Source of the DNA: Blepharisma stoltei ATCC 30299
Lineage: Eukaryota; Protista; Ciliophora
NCBI GenBank assembly: GCA_965603825.1
Contig: CBFDEM010000003.1
Location: forward strand, 1 to 64,000
Direction: 5' to 3'
Length of the DNA stretch: 64,000 nucleotides
Shown here: one piece after another, positions 62,160 to 64,000 of the stretch
Numbering within the stretch: position 1 is the stretch's first letter
Layout: each line of letters opens with the position of its first letter
The notes under the pieces: generated by a model
What the model was told of the DNA's origin: nothing
The model's database searches: none
What the model saw: the letters and a program-made list of their open reading frames with translations, nothing else
Position numbers and translations under genes: made by a program

Positions 62160-64000
62160 ATGGAAAAGTTTTCAGGACTTCTAAGTCTCTGGATTTTTTT
62201 CAGTTTAACTTCTTCAACAAGCTTGCAAGTCATTAAAGCTCAAAATTTTGGAAGTTCTTCAAGCTATCTGTCTTCAAATTCCATAACTTTTCCAGCTGAC
62301 AGCACCGGTTCAAGTTGTTACTATTCCAGTATTTCTACTTCATCAACAATATCCCACACAAAAGACCAGACCCTTTATCAAACTGGCTTATGAGTGTCTT
62401 TAGATTCTCATTATAAATTCAGTATAGACTTAGCTGATGGAGATTATGTTCTCATATTAAGATTTGCCGAAATCCAATACGATTCTGCAGCTTCCAGAGT
62501 GTTTTCCATGAATTTTTGCGGTCAGTCTCTATTTGAGTTTCTCGATATTTATCAGTTAACAGGAGGCAAAAACATCGCTGTCGACTTTTTTTACGAGTTC
62601 AGCGTATTAAAAAGCATAGTAAAATACCAATCCTCTAATTATGATCTCACTAAAAATAAAGGACAGCTTGATTTTGAGATTATTTCAGTAATCGATAAAG
62701 GTATAATTAATGCTTTACAAATTATCAAAGGAAGTTGTAAAGAAACAAAAATTTGTGATAATTGTTATGATCCTTTATGTAATAAGTGCGACTATACCAC
62801 AGGGATTTGTGAAGAATGCATATATAATGCGGAGCTTAATGATAAAAATTATTGTTCATGTCCAAGTAAAGCAGATGATGGGTCAATTATAGCGATTTTA
62901 AGTGCCCCAAAGCAAGCTTGCAGTGCCTGTATGGTAAAATTGGATGGGACTGGATCAATTGGGAGTGGTGGCTTGAATTATGCATGGATTGTTGATGGTT
63001 TAACAAAATCAACAGAATCTGTATTTTATTATACTGTTCCAGATTTATCAGTTCAGACTACGACAAATGTGACTTTAAAGGTTACTGACTCATGCGGATT
63101 TCAGAATTCTACTTCGTGGACGATTTCTATTGTGAAAGAGTCTGTTATTGTCGATATAAAGGAGTATGATTTGTCATATGATACTAGTAAATACTCAAGC
63201 TTCTCTGCAGACTCCGTAGCTGTAGGCAATGGAACTGTCCAGAAATATGAATGATCTGTCACACCTCTTGTAAAAGGTTTAAAGAATCCTAATCAGAAAG
63301 ATATTTCTATACAATTCCCCAGCCCTGATACATATAGTATTTCTTTAACAGTTTTTATGGATAATGGCAAATATGGAGGTGATGTTGCCACAATTAGTGT
63401 AATGCCAGAGGTTCCAATAATTTTTGTGACAGGTGTTAACTCTACTTATAATAATTTTACTACAGTAACATTTAGTGCTACTTTTTTATATCAGAACGGA
63501 ACTTATAGCAAAAATTATGCCATTGATTACCAGATAAGCTATGGATGTCCGAAGTGAGCAACTTTTCGTAGAGTTGGCAATGGGGATTTTGTATTTAAAA
63601 GCTATGGTGAAGTCAAAGATTATTATACATGCTATTTTTATGTAACAGCTGAAATTTATTCTGGATTTAATGCCTCAACTTTGTGCTATTTAAATATAAC
63701 ATCTACGCCAGTCCCAGAAGTCTACGTCACTTATCCTAAGTCATACTTCGACCCAACCGCACCTATAAGATTTATGGCAAACATTCCAGACCAAACAAAT
63801 CTTGTGTTTCACTGAGAACAAACTGACAATAACACAAAAATTGATCCAGCCATTCTCAATACCCCTAGAAACCAGTCTTCTTATACCATTCCAGAGCGTT
63901 GCCTTGAGCCTCAAAAAGAGTATGAATTCACAATTCATGTAAGAAATACAAAAACAAATGCCACAGCAGACGTTTCGACAAGAAGATGGGTTAATAGTCC
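62160..64000 (+). CDS. Paralog of the malectin/polycystin-like receptor (partial, runs off window)
   Basis: Colinear with 55929 onward, no indels; open with TGA=Trp. Confidence 0.85.

Larger units (their letters stand above)
61574..64000. repeat. Segmental duplication, copy 2 (runs off window)
   Basis: Direct repeat of 55414-57769, with a micro-inversion and a 73-bp insert. Confidence 0.95.

Noticed and set aside
1669-64000. Mass pseudogenisation, selenocysteine, or Mycoplasma/mitochondrial origin as the cause of in-frame TGA
   Set aside because: TGA aligns with conserved Trp and with paralog TGG. The genes are nuclear-eukaryotic with introns and a telomere.

Overview
This is the telomere-capped end of a ciliate macronuclear (somatic) chromosome, most likely from Blepharisma (Heterotrichea). 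Three signals agree: a ~1.37 kb (CCCTAACA)n telomere, UGA read as Trp (only UAA/UAG end genes), and 15-16 nt GT-AG introns with a fixed branch-point A. The supplied standard-code ORF track is therefore fragmented. Re-reading with UGA=Trp and removing 11 micro-introns gives ~37 densely packed genes. They include a CSC1/TMEM63-like channel, katanin p80, SPX-EXS, TPR, Kelch pair, RING-H2, kinase, SAS-4-like, Ariadne, sorting nexin, Myb, CKK, RCC1 and a malectin/polycystin-like receptor, plus a recent segmental duplication at the right end. The most notable observations are: a pair of F-box-like proteins carrying a dynein-stalk microtubule-binding-like domain; a kinase with a bacterial-type YbjN-like domain; a 73-bp TA-bounded IES-like insert and a ~53-bp micro-inversion that differ between the duplicate copies; a TCP-less SAS-4; a probable OTU pseudo-enzyme; and a 1445-aa IQ protein built from an unrecognised repeat. 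Domain calls are by-eye motif recognition, not database searches. No rRNA, tRNA, CRISPR or transposase was seen.
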